DNA of 64,000 nucleotides, from the NCBI GenBank assembly GCA_023245355.1, contig JAHFKN010000003.1:57368-121367 (forward strand), in the 5' to 3' direction. The notes below the pieces were generated by a model. That model ran no database searches. It was given only the letters and a program-made list of their open reading frames with translations, and had not been told where the DNA came from. Made by a program: the position numbers and the translations under genes. Positions 29,269-38,556 of this stretch are shown here, piece by piece. Each line of letters opens with the position of its first letter. Within the stretch, counting starts at the first letter, position 1. Source of the DNA: Candidatus Gottesmanbacteria bacterium. GTDB taxonomy: Bacteria > Patescibacteriota > Microgenomatia > UBA10105 > UBA927.

Positions 29269-29578
29269 TATTCCAGGCCGGTGAAATCACCGCGTCTGTT
29301 ACTTCCGGGACACTGACCGTGTACCCAAACCCATTCGGAATTCGTCCGGGTGGTCATGCCAAGAAAGGAGCGTGAGTTACAGAAGGTACCAAATCGTTTT
29401 TCTGATCGTGAAGTACGTTTAGAAAAGAAGTAGGTTGGATCTTAAGTATGTCTTTGTCATTCCGAAGCCTGGCTTTTGGCTGGGTCCTGGAAAAGTCGGA
29501 TGACGTTTGATTGACAGAACAGGTGAAGATTTGCTTCGACAATCAATTCGATTATGTACAAAAACAGGAGTGTGTATC

Positions 29579-29992
29579 ATGTCAGCAACTCGAAATGACC
29601 CGAAGAAAAAAGACGACAAGAAAGGTACGTCTCTGGCAAAATTGCTCGCAGGCAGTGAAGAGCCCGCGAAAAACGGTAATCACGACACTGGTAGCGGCGG
29701 CGGAAATCTCGTCGGCGCAATCGGCGCAGGGCTCGGTAAGTTTTTCGGCAATCTGCTTCCCGCAGGTTTTAAGAGCGCCAAACTCAAGGACACCGCTACG
29801 CAGGTTATCAAGACCCCGCTGGGCGGCAGTATCGTCGGCACCTATGTGTCCGAAATCGAAATTGAAGGCGCACCCGATATCATCAAGGCGATTGAAGAAG
29901 CCAAGGAAGCCACTGAGCAAGCGGCTATACTGGCTGACAAGGAAGTCGCCATGGCGAAAATCGAAGCCGGTAACGCAGACAAGGAGGAATAA
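29579..29992 (+). CDS. hypothetical protein
   Basis: AGGAG RBS; Gly-rich amphipathic segment and Ala/Glu coiled-coil tail. Confidence 0.7.
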   Translation: MSATRNDPKKKDDKKGTSLAKLLAGSEEPAKNGNHDTGSGGGNLVGAIGAGLGKFFGNLLPAGFKSAKLKDTATQVIKTPLGGSIVGTYVSEIEIEGAPDIIKAIEEAKEATEQAAILADKEVAMAKIEAGNADKEE

Positions 29993-29995
29993 ATA

Positions 29996-30751
29996 ATGAC
30001 CACCGAAACCACACAGCCGACGCGGCTGGATAAGATCCGTCCATTCATGGCATGGGTCGTCCTTCCCGCGATTCTGGCGATGGTGGCAGGAGTGTTCGTG
30101 AATTTCAAAGTGCCATGGCTCCGTCCCGGTGCCGTGGCCCTTTTGCTCCTGTCTGCCGTGCCGTTATGGCCCGTGATTACGGCTAAGCCCTCGAAAAAGG
30201 TTAACTGGGCTGGTTTCTTCTGGCTGGCTGTGCATGTCGTGCTGTTTGCGACTGCCGGTTATCTGGAATGGGACCATCTCAAGTGGCCCATCAGCCCGTG
30301 GCTTGGCTTTGGATCAATGGTTGTCATCTGGATTGGCGTCGTCGTCGCTATCTCGCAAATCAAAGTGCGAAGCGAAGGCGATTCACCGTCAGTCCGTCAT
30401 GTGACGCCAACCGTCTCTGATGGCGCTGTTAAGGTAACGAATAAGCTCGCCGCTAAACTCGGACTTCCCATCGGCAAAGAAGCCGAAGTCGATATGGGGA
30501 AATTTCTCCAACGTATGGAGATGGCGGCAGAGAACGAACGTCGGACACTCGACCTGGAAGAACGCAAGGAAGTACGCGCGATTCTTGAGTTTGGTCTCAA
30601 GCACCAGCTGATTGCCCCTGAGGAAATTAGTGCGCGAGTCCGGGCATTAGCAGGTATTACCAGTGTCGAAGAAGTTGTCGCTCCGCGTTCACCGCGCCGT
30701 CAACGCGATACCGGTTACGAAATTCCGCAACGATCGAAACGGAGGTTGTGA
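29996..30751 (+). CDS. 4-TM membrane protein with cytoplasmic coiled-coil tail
   Basis: AAGGAGG RBS and four hydrophobic helices. Confidence 0.75.
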   Translation: MTTETTQPTRLDKIRPFMAWVVLPAILAMVAGVFVNFKVPWLRPGAVALLLLSAVPLWPVITAKPSKKVNWAGFFWLAVHVVLFATAGYLEWDHLKWPISPWLGFGSMVVIWIGVVVAISQIKVRSEGDSPSVRHVTPTVSDGAVKVTNKLAAKLGLPIGKEAEVDMGKFLQRMEMAAENERRTLDLEERKEVRAILEFGLKHQLIAPEEISARVRALAGITSVEEVVAPRSPRRQRDTGYEIPQRSKRRL

Positions 30752-31530
30752 TGGACAGTGGAACGATCACCACGATTGTGTTTGTCCTTTTGGGTTTGGG
30801 CGTGTTGGGCTTGGGACTTGCAATTCCGGGCAACTACAACGTTATCCGACCCAACGAGCGCGGTTTTACCTATGCGTTCGGTAAAGTAACGAGTCTCAGA
30901 GGCCCCGGCCCTACACTGACCTGGCCCTGGGAGAATCTGATTATCCGTCCCATCAACCAGCAAAAGGTTGATATTGAGTTGTCCCGCCTGACAACCGGCG
31001 CGCCTGATCCGATGGAGTTTGACCTGACCATGAGCGCGCTGATCCATGTCGCAGATGTGGAAAAGTCCGTCTTCGGGTTTCAGGGCAACTTCAAGCAGGC
31101 GCTGGACGATTTGGCACAAGGAGCGATGCAAGCCGCTTTGGTCCGTGTTGGTGGTAACGCACTGCTCGACAATACGCTCCCGCGTGTTCTTGAGCATGTA
31201 AGCGAAACCATCACCAAGCATGTGACTGAGAAATGGGGCATTGCCGTTGATGAGCTGGTTATTTCGGACATTGGACTGCCCCAAGTGCTCATTGACGCTA
31301 CTGCAATCCGTGCCAAGTCCAAGGCAGAAGCCGAGGCTCTTACGAACCTGTCCAAGGCAGAAGCCGAAAACTACGAGCGCGAACTCAAAGCGCAGGGACG
31401 TAACTATCGTTTCCATCAGCTCATGGACACCCTGGAGAAGATGGCCAAAGGCGGCGCATTCCGTGCTGTCGGCGACCTCAACTCCGTGCTGGGGATGGTT
31501 CTGGTGGATAACAAGGAGGATGCGGCATGA
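30748..31530 (+). CDS. SPFH/band-7 (stomatin-like) protein
   Basis: TM, VIRPNERG...FGK...GPG...PW, WGIAVDELVISDIGLP, AEAEA coiled coil. Confidence 0.88.
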   Translation: MMDSGTITTIVFVLLGLGVLGLGLAIPGNYNVIRPNERGFTYAFGKVTSLRGPGPTLTWPWENLIIRPINQQKVDIELSRLTTGAPDPMEFDLTMSALIHVADVEKSVFGFQGNFKQALDDLAQGAMQAALVRVGGNALLDNTLPRVLEHVSETITKHVTEKWGIAVDELVISDIGLPQVLIDATAIRAKSKAEAEALTNLSKAEAENYERELKAQGRNYRFHQLMDTLEKMAKGGAFRAVGDLNSVLGMVLVDNKEDAA

Positions 31531-32057
31531 ACGCATGGTTTAACTATGCATTGGAACGGTTGTACGCCTGGCTTTTGCTGGCGCTTCAGCAGTTCCTGTC
31601 TCTCATCAGCATCTGCAAGAAATTGTGGTGGGGCGGGCTTATCTTAGCCGTCTACATCCTTATCGAGCAGGTGTTCGATGCGCCGGCGCTGTTTACTCTG
31701 ACAGCGGAAACGTACCAGTACCGAAAAGGCATTCTGACGCTTCTCATGTTGGCGTGGGTCTTGTTACTCACAAGCCATGTCCTCGTGCGTCAGGAATATG
31801 TCGTTGGTGACGAAGATAAGGCTATCGAGACGTTCAGTGGCAACGCGAATTGGATGAGCATTGTGTTCGCTCTCATCGCGACGCTGTTTTTCTGGATTCT
31901 CGGGACGCCGAAACTGACCCTCGTCATCCTCGGACCGTTACAGATCGTGCCTTTCTTTCTCGGAACTGACTACAAGGAGCAGGCTGACATGGAGTTGCCT
32001 CGGTTGATTAACCTCACCTTGGTCGCGCTGTCTGTCTGGATCGTTGCGTTCCAATAA
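31527..32057 (+). CDS. multi-pass membrane hypothetical protein
   Basis: ATGA coupling to the SPFH gene; about 5 TM helices. Confidence 0.7.
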   Translation: MNAWFNYALERLYAWLLLALQQFLSLISICKKLWWGGLILAVYILIEQVFDAPALFTLTAETYQYRKGILTLLMLAWVLLLTSHVLVRQEYVVGDEDKAIETFSGNANWMSIVFALIATLFFWILGTPKLTLVILGPLQIVPFFLGTDYKEQADMELPRLINLTLVALSVWIVAFQ

Positions 32058-32070
32058 AAAGGAGGATGAG

Positions 32071-32916
32071 ATGAAAATTCTCATCAAGTACGGTTGGATC
32101 ATCCTCCTTATGGGGGTGATATCTGCCTGCAGCACAGCGACTCCGATGAGTCCCGTGGAAGTGCAGATGACGAGCATGGCGGCTCAAGCACAGGCGTGTG
32201 CCACGCTTCAAGCGATCGGTACACCGTACCCTTGTAACCCGCCTACTGCGACTCTGCAACCCACGAGCACGCCGACACCGATGCCGTCACCGACTGCAAC
32301 CCCTTACACAGGGTGGAAACAGTTCACGGAAGATGGTTCGTATGTTGGTGATATGCCTCCCGGTTTCGAGCCGCCATGCGAAGGCGTCGTCGGGTGCCCC
32401 GGTAAGTTGTACATCCAGTATGTCAACGGGGTACCTGTTTCCGGTGATCAAGGCGGCACGACAGGCACACCTGGCTATTGGCCCTGGCTACTAGTTGGGA
32501 TCCCAGTCGCGCTCGCGTTTTTCCTGATTATCGGCATCGGCGTTCATGGCGCAACAGCACCGCAACGCGCGCTGGCTGAAAGCATCAAAATGACCGCAAA
32601 GGTTCAGGCAAAACTGCTCGAAATGTCCGGCTTGAAACAGCCCGCTTTACAAGCGCCAAAGGACGTACGGGCAGGTGACCTATGGGTTTACCTCCAGCGG
32701 TTCATTCAGGAATGTCATCCGGATCAGCGGTTTGAGACAACGATGCGGCATCACATGCGCGCATATCATCGTAAAGATGACTTGATCCCTCTGGAAACGA
32801 TGGCTGGTTGGGTACATGCGTTTGACCAAACCAACGAAACCAACGTGCTTGAGGCGTTCACAGCGTTTGCTGACCGGGCTGACTTCAATCATCAATTAGT
32901 AGAGAGGAGTTCGTGA
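32071..32916 (+). CDS. lipoprotein-like protein with PT linker and internal TM
   Basis: AAGGAGG RBS, ISAC lipobox, PTATLQPTSTPTP linker, TM PWLLVGIPVALAFFLIIG. Confidence 0.7.
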   Translation: MKILIKYGWIILLMGVISACSTATPMSPVEVQMTSMAAQAQACATLQAIGTPYPCNPPTATLQPTSTPTPMPSPTATPYTGWKQFTEDGSYVGDMPPGFEPPCEGVVGCPGKLYIQYVNGVPVSGDQGGTTGTPGYWPWLLVGIPVALAFFLIIGIGVHGATAPQRALAESIKMTAKVQAKLLEMSGLKQPALQAPKDVRAGDLWVYLQRFIQECHPDQRFETTMRHHMRAYHRKDDLIPLETMAGWVHAFDQTNETNVLEAFTAFADRADFNHQLVERSS

Positions 32917-33566
32917 TGGAAAAGATCGTGATCATTCTGATCATCGTCGGTGTGGTAATGCTTGCCGGCAGTAACATGGCGCAATCCGTTGCCATTGACC
33001 TGTCAGCCGGCCCCCATGCCGAAGGTGAAGCACAAGTGCTTGCGGCTCAGTCCGAAGGCATTCAGGCGCAGAACCAAACCGATCAGGCAGCAGCCGAGCA
33101 AGCGCTGACTGATAAGACTCAGGTCGACTAAGCTACACAAGCCAGCCGTGTCTTCAAGTGGAAGGCGCTTCAGTGGGTGCTGGGTATCGTCGGTGGGTTC
33201 TCGTTGGCGCTCGTCCTCATCATGGTGGCAGTAAATGCCTCAGCGTTCATGGGTCTCATCAACTTCCGTATGGCGGTGATGCCCGTAGGCGTTCAACGAG
33301 GCGATGACATCATGTGGGTGTTGCCGCTCATGCCGAATATCGGGTTTCTGACGCATCAAGGCGCGCCGGGAGTCGTGACCAAGCTGACTGCTCATGATCA
33401 TCCTCGCCTCAGCGAGTCGCATGATTCTGTCGGTCTGGCAATGGCAAACGCACTTCGCGAAAAGGCACGCTCAGCGTCCTATGGACAGCAAGGCGACGGT
33501 GGTTTTGCCAATGCTATGCATACGCTCTCGGACGTACTCAATGGGCGACCCCGACTCGGTTCCTAG
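32913..33566 (+). pseudogene. membrane protein ORF split by one in-frame TAA
   Basis: 32913-33131 and 33177-33566 are in the same frame, with 15 sense codons between them. Confidence 0.6.
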
Positions 33567-33644
33567 GTGGTGCCACATGCGCCCCCTCAAAAAACCTTAT
33601 AAGCTGCCCAACAAGGACAGCCCTTCGTTCAGTAAAACAATCTA

Positions 33645-33850
33645 TTCCGCTCAACGGCGGCCGTTTGTTTCCCTCATGGGAGCAGACGTCCGCCGACGCG
33701 GGAATCCTAGCCGATCAACCGGCACCATACCTTCGACCTGCGAAAGCGGGAAGAGAAGATTGGTGCCGGCAGGCTTGGGATGCATGGGAAAGAGAGGTGT
33801 GGCGTATCGCCACTTTATCAGCATCTGCTGAACTCTCTTTCCCGTCTCTT
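33645..33850 (+). ncRNA. structured 3' trailer or candidate ncRNA (three long hairpins)
   Basis: Stems at 33645-33704, 33704-33781 (GAAA tetraloop) and 33786-33843. Confidence 0.45.
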
Positions 33851-33914
33851 TCCGATTTTCAACCGTTGGTTGAAGACCGAAATGAGAGAATAAACACTAT
33901 TTGATTTCTGCCCT

Positions 33915-34211
33915 ATGAAAGAAATGTTACAAACATTACATTCTGCTGCACTCATACGTATCGTTTCGCGGTACGGCGTTCTGGGAGAACAGGAAGCAGT
34001 CACGGTTACGAATTTGCCCAGACGGGGAGTGCGGTCTTCGGTGATCGGCAGAACGGATATCAGGACGGAGCCGACGCCTGATTTGCTCACTGGGTTATTT
34101 GTCGTTACCTCGAGATCAAGAGGTAAATATACGTTGCAAAATCAATCTACCGGCATAGAGTTATCAGGCGTGCCGCGAAAGAGTATACGGAAGATTCTGG
34201 ATTGGGAATAA
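33915..34211 (+). CDS. hypothetical protein
   Basis: 98-aa ORF filling the gap. Confidence 0.45.
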   Translation: MKEMLQTLHSAALIRIVSRYGVLGEQEAVTVTNLPRRGVRSSVIGRTDIRTEPTPDLLTGLFVVTSRSRGKYTLQNQSTGIELSGVPRKSIRKILDWE

Positions 34212-34219
34212 GGCGGGCG

Positions 34220-34591
34220 TTATTTAATTTTAATTCCGAACCAGCCTGCAATCACTCCCAGTGCGCTTCGTGCAGCATGTTGTCTGTCTGTTTCACTCAT
34301 GTCGTCTCCCGGTGCGACCTGAATTTTTAACCGTTGTCTGTGAGTACGTTCTCCTTTGGGCTCATAAAAAGCTCCGGCTACAGCTTTGCCCCGTGTCACA
34401 AGCCCCATTTCCCCCTCACCGTCGTCAGCGAGCGCGTGTTTTAATTCATGGTGGGCGCCCCGTGCAGCTTCTTCATGCGGTACCCCGCGGGCTTTGGACA
34501 GACGGCCGACGTGCGCTGCTGCGCGCGCCTTGTCGCCTTTTGTTTTCAGGCTTTTATCTGTGGTTAATAAATACTCATCTTCTTCAATCAT
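34220..34591 (-). CDS. hypothetical protein with HHELKH (HExxH-like) motif
   Basis: TATAAT shortly before ATG; HELKH and later PG..MS..D. Confidence 0.55.
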   Translation of the reverse strand: MIEEDEYLLTTDKSLKTKGDKARAAAHVGRLSKARGVPHEEAARGAHHELKHALADDGEGEMGLVTRGKAVAGAFYEPKGERTHRQRLKIQVAPGDDMSETDRQHAARSALGVIAGWFGIKIK

Positions 34592-34662
34592 AAAAAAATT
34601 ATATCAAGAATCGCGCTTTTTTTACAGGTATTAGTGTTGCGGTGGTATAATTACAGGCTGTT

Positions 34663-34950
34663 ATGCCAATGAACCCGGAATTGAAAAAAGCCCTGTGGTG
34701 GATGGCACCCATTAACTTCGACGGAACATTCTGGGGTGCTACGTTCCGCTCGGTAGAAACGGTTGCCGCCGGTATCGGTTCGATATTGCTTCTCCACACG
34801 GTAGGAGCCGATTGCAGCGGTCCTATCGCCATAGGCACGCTTCTCATCATGGGAGGGCAATTTGCCGGAGTGCCCAGGCACAACCGGGAACACCGCTCAG
34901 CCTTACGTAAATTCTGGAGTATCCGGCCTGATCCGCCCGATGAAGATTAA
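34663..34950 (+). CDS. small membrane hypothetical protein
   Basis: TATAAT at 34646; two hydrophobic segments. Confidence 0.5.
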   Translation: MPMNPELKKALWWMAPINFDGTFWGATFRSVETVAAGIGSILLLHTVGADCSGPIAIGTLLIMGGQFAGVPRHNREHRSALRKFWSIRPDPPDED

Positions 34951-35269
34951 CGGAGAATGAGTATAGTTTTTGTTCAATCACAATCCCGCTTTCTGATGTT
35001 CGTTGCCGTACAAACCGGCATTTGATAGTATATGGTCGCGGTTTCGGGTTTCCTGGTTACCATAGCGCGGTAATTCTAGGGAACTTTTTTTGTACCTTAA
35101 CAAACGGGAGAATAAGCAGTTTGTAATTATTGAGAGTCCTATGGAGAGAACCATATGTAGGTTCTCTGTGTCGGTCTATCAACAATCAACACGTAAGGAG
35201 GCACTTCGGAAAATTATAGTAACCCACTATTTCTATTCATGTTTTTCATATAGACCCTTTGGAGGAGTC

Positions 35270-35530
35270 ATGACCAATCCACTGCTCGAAAAGTTTCGTA
35301 AATCCTTGAGTAAAATCAACTGGAAAAAACTCGGGACAATCGTCTTTTACAGCGCCTTTGGTCTTATGTGCGCTGGCATCTTGTTTCTGTTCGTCGGGCT
35401 GGTTATCGTCGGTCACCCGTCGGCACCTGAGTATGAAAATCCAATCAACGCGCTGATCACGTTGGGAATTTTCCTGGGCGCCGGGATAACCATTTACACC
35501 TTCCGGGGTGGGGGAGGAAAAAAGAGGTAA
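35270..35530 (+). CDS. small two-TM protein
   Basis: GGAGGAG RBS; followed by a terminator. Confidence 0.7.
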   Translation: MTNPLLEKFRKSLSKINWKKLGTIVFYSAFGLMCAGILFLFVGLVIVGHPSAPEYENPINALITLGIFLGAGITIYTFRGGGGKKR

Positions 35531-35553
35531 AAGCCACCTCGCGTGGAGAACAC

Positions 35554-35592
35554 AAGGGCAAGTCATCTTGCTTGCCCTTTCTTGTTTTATTT
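35554..35592 (+). terminator. intrinsic terminator
   Basis: AAGGGCAAG/CTTGCCCTT stem plus T-rich tail. Confidence 0.7.
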
Positions 35593-35741
35593 CTGCGTAT
35601 GCAGAAATGCAATGATATAGTTCCGACGCACGGTCTTTTGCGCTTTTTTGTTTCTTTTTTTGTCCTTTGCTGCTTGTTCTCCCGTTTTTCTTTTCCCCGG
35701 AAATACCCAATCCCGATAATTTGTTATAATGCCGATATTCT

Positions 35742-36611
35742 ATGGTAGAAGTATCACCAGAGCGTTTCAGGCTATTGGGTACCCCGCCGCAAAGAGTCAA
35801 AGAAATTCCGGTACACGAAGTATCCAAGCCTGCGGAAGTGGCAGTATCGCTGCGTCCTACCGTTGCCATGGACAAGCATTCCCCGGAGGCGATAAAGGCC
35901 AAAAAGATTGCAAAAAAACCGCTGCCTGCGCTTTGGGGCAACAGGGCAGAATTTTTGCCGGAAACAGCAGCATTTTTAAAAGGGTGCGGGATAGATCCTG
36001 ATTTGGTAAATCCCATTCCGTTGGGGGAAGGGCTTACGAATGTCGTGTTTTCCTACGCATCGCCGGACGGGAGCCAAAAGGTGATAAAAATCGCACGGCA
36101 GGCACGGAAGGGATTTATGAGTGCCGGTTACCATCACGATGCGGAAAATATCGCACTGGTCAAAAAGTTTTTCGGTTCGTATGCCGTGCCGACGGAGCTT
36201 CGGCAGGACCAGGCAACGGGCAAATATCTCATGTTGCAGGATGCAATCACCGGCACACCGGTGACGAACAAAACAGAATCAGCATCCGTCCGCGCGCAGC
36301 TTGTGGATCTGGCCCGCTTAAACCGGGAAATGATGCGGCAGACAGGATACAGCATGGATTTTATCGGAGTACCCGGCATGTTTACCTGGTTTCGGCATCA
36401 GTTCCGGCAGATCATTACCCGGAAAAGCGAGTTCCAATTATCAAACATCTTCATGGACCAGTCCGGCAATCTCAAAATCATCGATGAGGGGCTGCTCCGG
36501 TTCGGCAAAGGGTTATCGCTGAAGCAGCGGTTGGGTTCCTGGTCCGGCTTTTTGGCAAACCGTCTTATTATGCGCCTGTACTTCGGAGTCGATTTACGCC
36601 CCAAAGCGTAA
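35742..36611 (+). CDS. protein-kinase-like fold hypothetical protein
   Basis: LGEGLTNVV, VIK, SNIF...LKIIDEG. Confidence 0.6.
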   Translation: MVEVSPERFRLLGTPPQRVKEIPVHEVSKPAEVAVSLRPTVAMDKHSPEAIKAKKIAKKPLPALWGNRAEFLPETAAFLKGCGIDPDLVNPIPLGEGLTNVVFSYASPDGSQKVIKIARQARKGFMSAGYHHDAENIALVKKFFGSYAVPTELRQDQATGKYLMLQDAITGTPVTNKTESASVRAQLVDLARLNREMMRQTGYSMDFIGVPGMFTWFRHQFRQIITRKSEFQLSNIFMDQSGNLKIIDEGLLRFGKGLSLKQRLGSWSGFLANRLIMRLYFGVDLRPKA

Positions 36612-36630
36612 TTTGCTATAATCCTCTTCT

Positions 36631-36861
36631 ATGGAAAATCAGATCAGCAAAAATATGGCCCGCAGAGCGTGGAATTTTTTGCGGGAAAGCGGGCAGATAT
36701 TGTTTGGTGTATCCAGATCAGGACATGCCGATACCGTAAGACACGTAAGCCCTGATATGGTCGAGTGCGGACAGCAAACGTATCCGGTTCGCAGTTTGCC
36801 GGGTCACGTACGGGAAATTCTTCGGGATTCGCGGGAACGGTTTTTGCAATACTGGCGCTGA
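36631..36861 (+). CDS. hypothetical protein
   Basis: TATAAT 8 nt before ATG. Confidence 0.45.
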   Translation: MENQISKNMARRAWNFLRESGQILFGVSRSGHADTVRHVSPDMVECGQQTYPVRSLPGHVREILRDSRERFLQYWR

Positions 36862-36863
36862 TA

Positions 36864-37427
36864 CTAAAACGGTATGTCGTCCGTCGGTAGTTGTGCTTTT
36901 CTTCTGGCTGCTTCTTCTTTTTGAAACGCCTCGGCACGTTCTTCCATAAGAGCAAGCAGCTCGTACTCTCTTCCTACATTAGACTGGAACCCACCACGTG
37001 ATAATTTTTGGTATGGGCTCATTTTTCCCTCGGATTTTCCGTCGATGTGTCCCCGTGAATGCCTGCCATGACGGGCAGAGCGTAGGCTTCGGCGTTCATG
37101 TTCGCGCGGAAGAAGGGTACCAACGACATCGTGCGTGAGTTCGCGATGAGGCCGCTCATGTTTTCGGGCACGGTAGGGAATTGCCCTCGTATCCTGTGAG
37201 TTTTCGCTTCGCGTCACCAAAATTTCTCCCCGTCTGGTTTGCATTGCTTTCCCAAGTAACGTATCGGCAATATTTCTGGCAAATGTTCTTCCCAAACTCA
37301 GTACGTCAGTCCACACTTCATCGTGGGTTAGATTATCTATTCCGACCTCATTTCCGTGTTCATCAAATGTCCGTTGATCAACGGAGGTATCTGGCCGCAG
37401 GTATTTTCGTTCAGGAGCACCTTTCAT
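36864..37427 (-). CDS. hypothetical protein ending in DDIPF
   Basis: Leaderless-type start; SSB-like acidic tail. Confidence 0.6.
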   Translation of the reverse strand: MKGAPERKYLRPDTSVDQRTFDEHGNEVGIDNLTHDEVWTDVLSLGRTFARNIADTLLGKAMQTRRGEILVTRSENSQDTRAIPYRARKHERPHRELTHDVVGTLLPREHERRSLRSARHGRHSRGHIDGKSEGKMSPYQKLSRGGFQSNVGREYELLALMEERAEAFQKEEAARRKAQLPTDDIPF

Positions 37428-37492
37428 ACCTATTATTATATCCCAGGAAAGCCAGTATGACGCGTTTTCCGATGTGGTAGAATGACTTCATC

Positions 37493-38548
37493 ATGTTCGA
37501 CTGGATATTTAGTCTGCTTTCACACGATCTTGGTATTGATTTAGGAACCGCAAATACGCTCGTGTATGTGAAAAACAAAGGCATTATGATCCGCGAACCG
37601 TCCGTTGTAGCCCGGCACAGGAAAACAAAGCGTATTATTGCAATAGGCCGGGAAGCAAAGCACATGCTGGGGCGCACTCCCGATACGATCGAAGCACTGC
37701 GTCCGCTCAAAGACGGCGTGATTGCGGATTTCGACGCGACGGCAGCAATGCTGACTCACTATATCCGGCTGGTACACATGCAGCCCAAACGTCCGGGATT
37801 TCCGAGCATACCCAAACCGAAAGTCGTGGTCGGTATTCCGTCCGGAGTCACGGAAGTCGAACGCAGGGCAGCCGCAGAGGCGGCTATTATGGCGGGCGCC
37901 CGCGAGGCATATCTTATAGAAGAGCCTATGGCAGCAGCCATAGGAGCAGGACTTCCCATTCAGGAAAGCCGGGGGAGCTTTATCTGCGATATCGGCGGGG
38001 GGACGACCGAAATTGCCGTCTTGTCATTGGGTGGAATTGTCGTCAACCGCAGTATCCGCACGGCCGGAGACGAAATGGATGAAGCCATCGTGTCGTTTGT
38101 ACGTCTGAAACATTCGTTACTGATTGGGGAACCTACTGCGGAAGAGGTAAAAATTGCCGTCGGAAGCGCATACCCTATCGATAAAACGGACAAACAGACT
38201 GTCGTTCGCGGACGCGATATAGAAACAGGTCTTCCCCGGAGTGTCCGGCTGTCGGAAACGGAGGTGCGTGAAGCAGTATCCCCGGTTGTCCATGAGATCG
38301 TTGAGGCGGTTGCAGAGACGATAGAAGAAACGCCGCCCGAGCTTATCGGAGATATTATGGAACATGGTATTGTGCTGGCAGGCGGCGGCAGTAAACTCGT
38401 GGGTATTGATAAGCTCATCGCGACGGAACTCAAGATGCCGGTGTGGATTACGGACGATCCGCAGACCGCTGTAGTCCGCGGGTGCGGAAAGCTGCTGGAC
38501 GACGAAGTATTGTTGTCCAAAGTAAAGATTGCCGCCCGTAAAGTATAA
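37493..38548 (+). CDS. mreB: rod shape-determining protein MreB
   Basis: GIDLGTANT, EPSVVA, RPLKDGVIADF, EEPMAAAIGAG, DIGGGTTE. Confidence 0.97.
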   Translation: MFDWIFSLLSHDLGIDLGTANTLVYVKNKGIMIREPSVVARHRKTKRIIAIGREAKHMLGRTPDTIEALRPLKDGVIADFDATAAMLTHYIRLVHMQPKRPGFPSIPKPKVVVGIPSGVTEVERRAAAEAAIMAGAREAYLIEEPMAAAIGAGLPIQESRGSFICDIGGGTTEIAVLSLGGIVVNRSIRTAGDEMDEAIVSFVRLKHSLLIGEPTAEEVKIAVGSAYPIDKTDKQTVVRGRDIETGLPRSVRLSETEVREAVSPVVHEIVEAVAETIEETPPELIGDIMEHGIVLAGGGSKLVGIDKLIATELKMPVWITDDPQTAVVRGCGKLLDDEVLLSKVKIAARKV

Positions 38549-38556
38549 TAGAAGTC

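Noticed and set aside
29511..29996. Alternative-frame 161-aa ORF, and long antisense ORFs such as 30715-31536, 41164-41868 and 26279-27016
   Set aside because: They overlap better-supported genes that have an RBS or family motifs.
33129..33131. Alternative genetic code (stop reassignment)
   Set aside because: TAA, TAG and TGA all end conserved genes at expected positions, and long ORFs are intact under code 11.
28998..34950. Prophage
   Set aside because: No integrase, terminase, capsid, replication gene or att repeats recognised.
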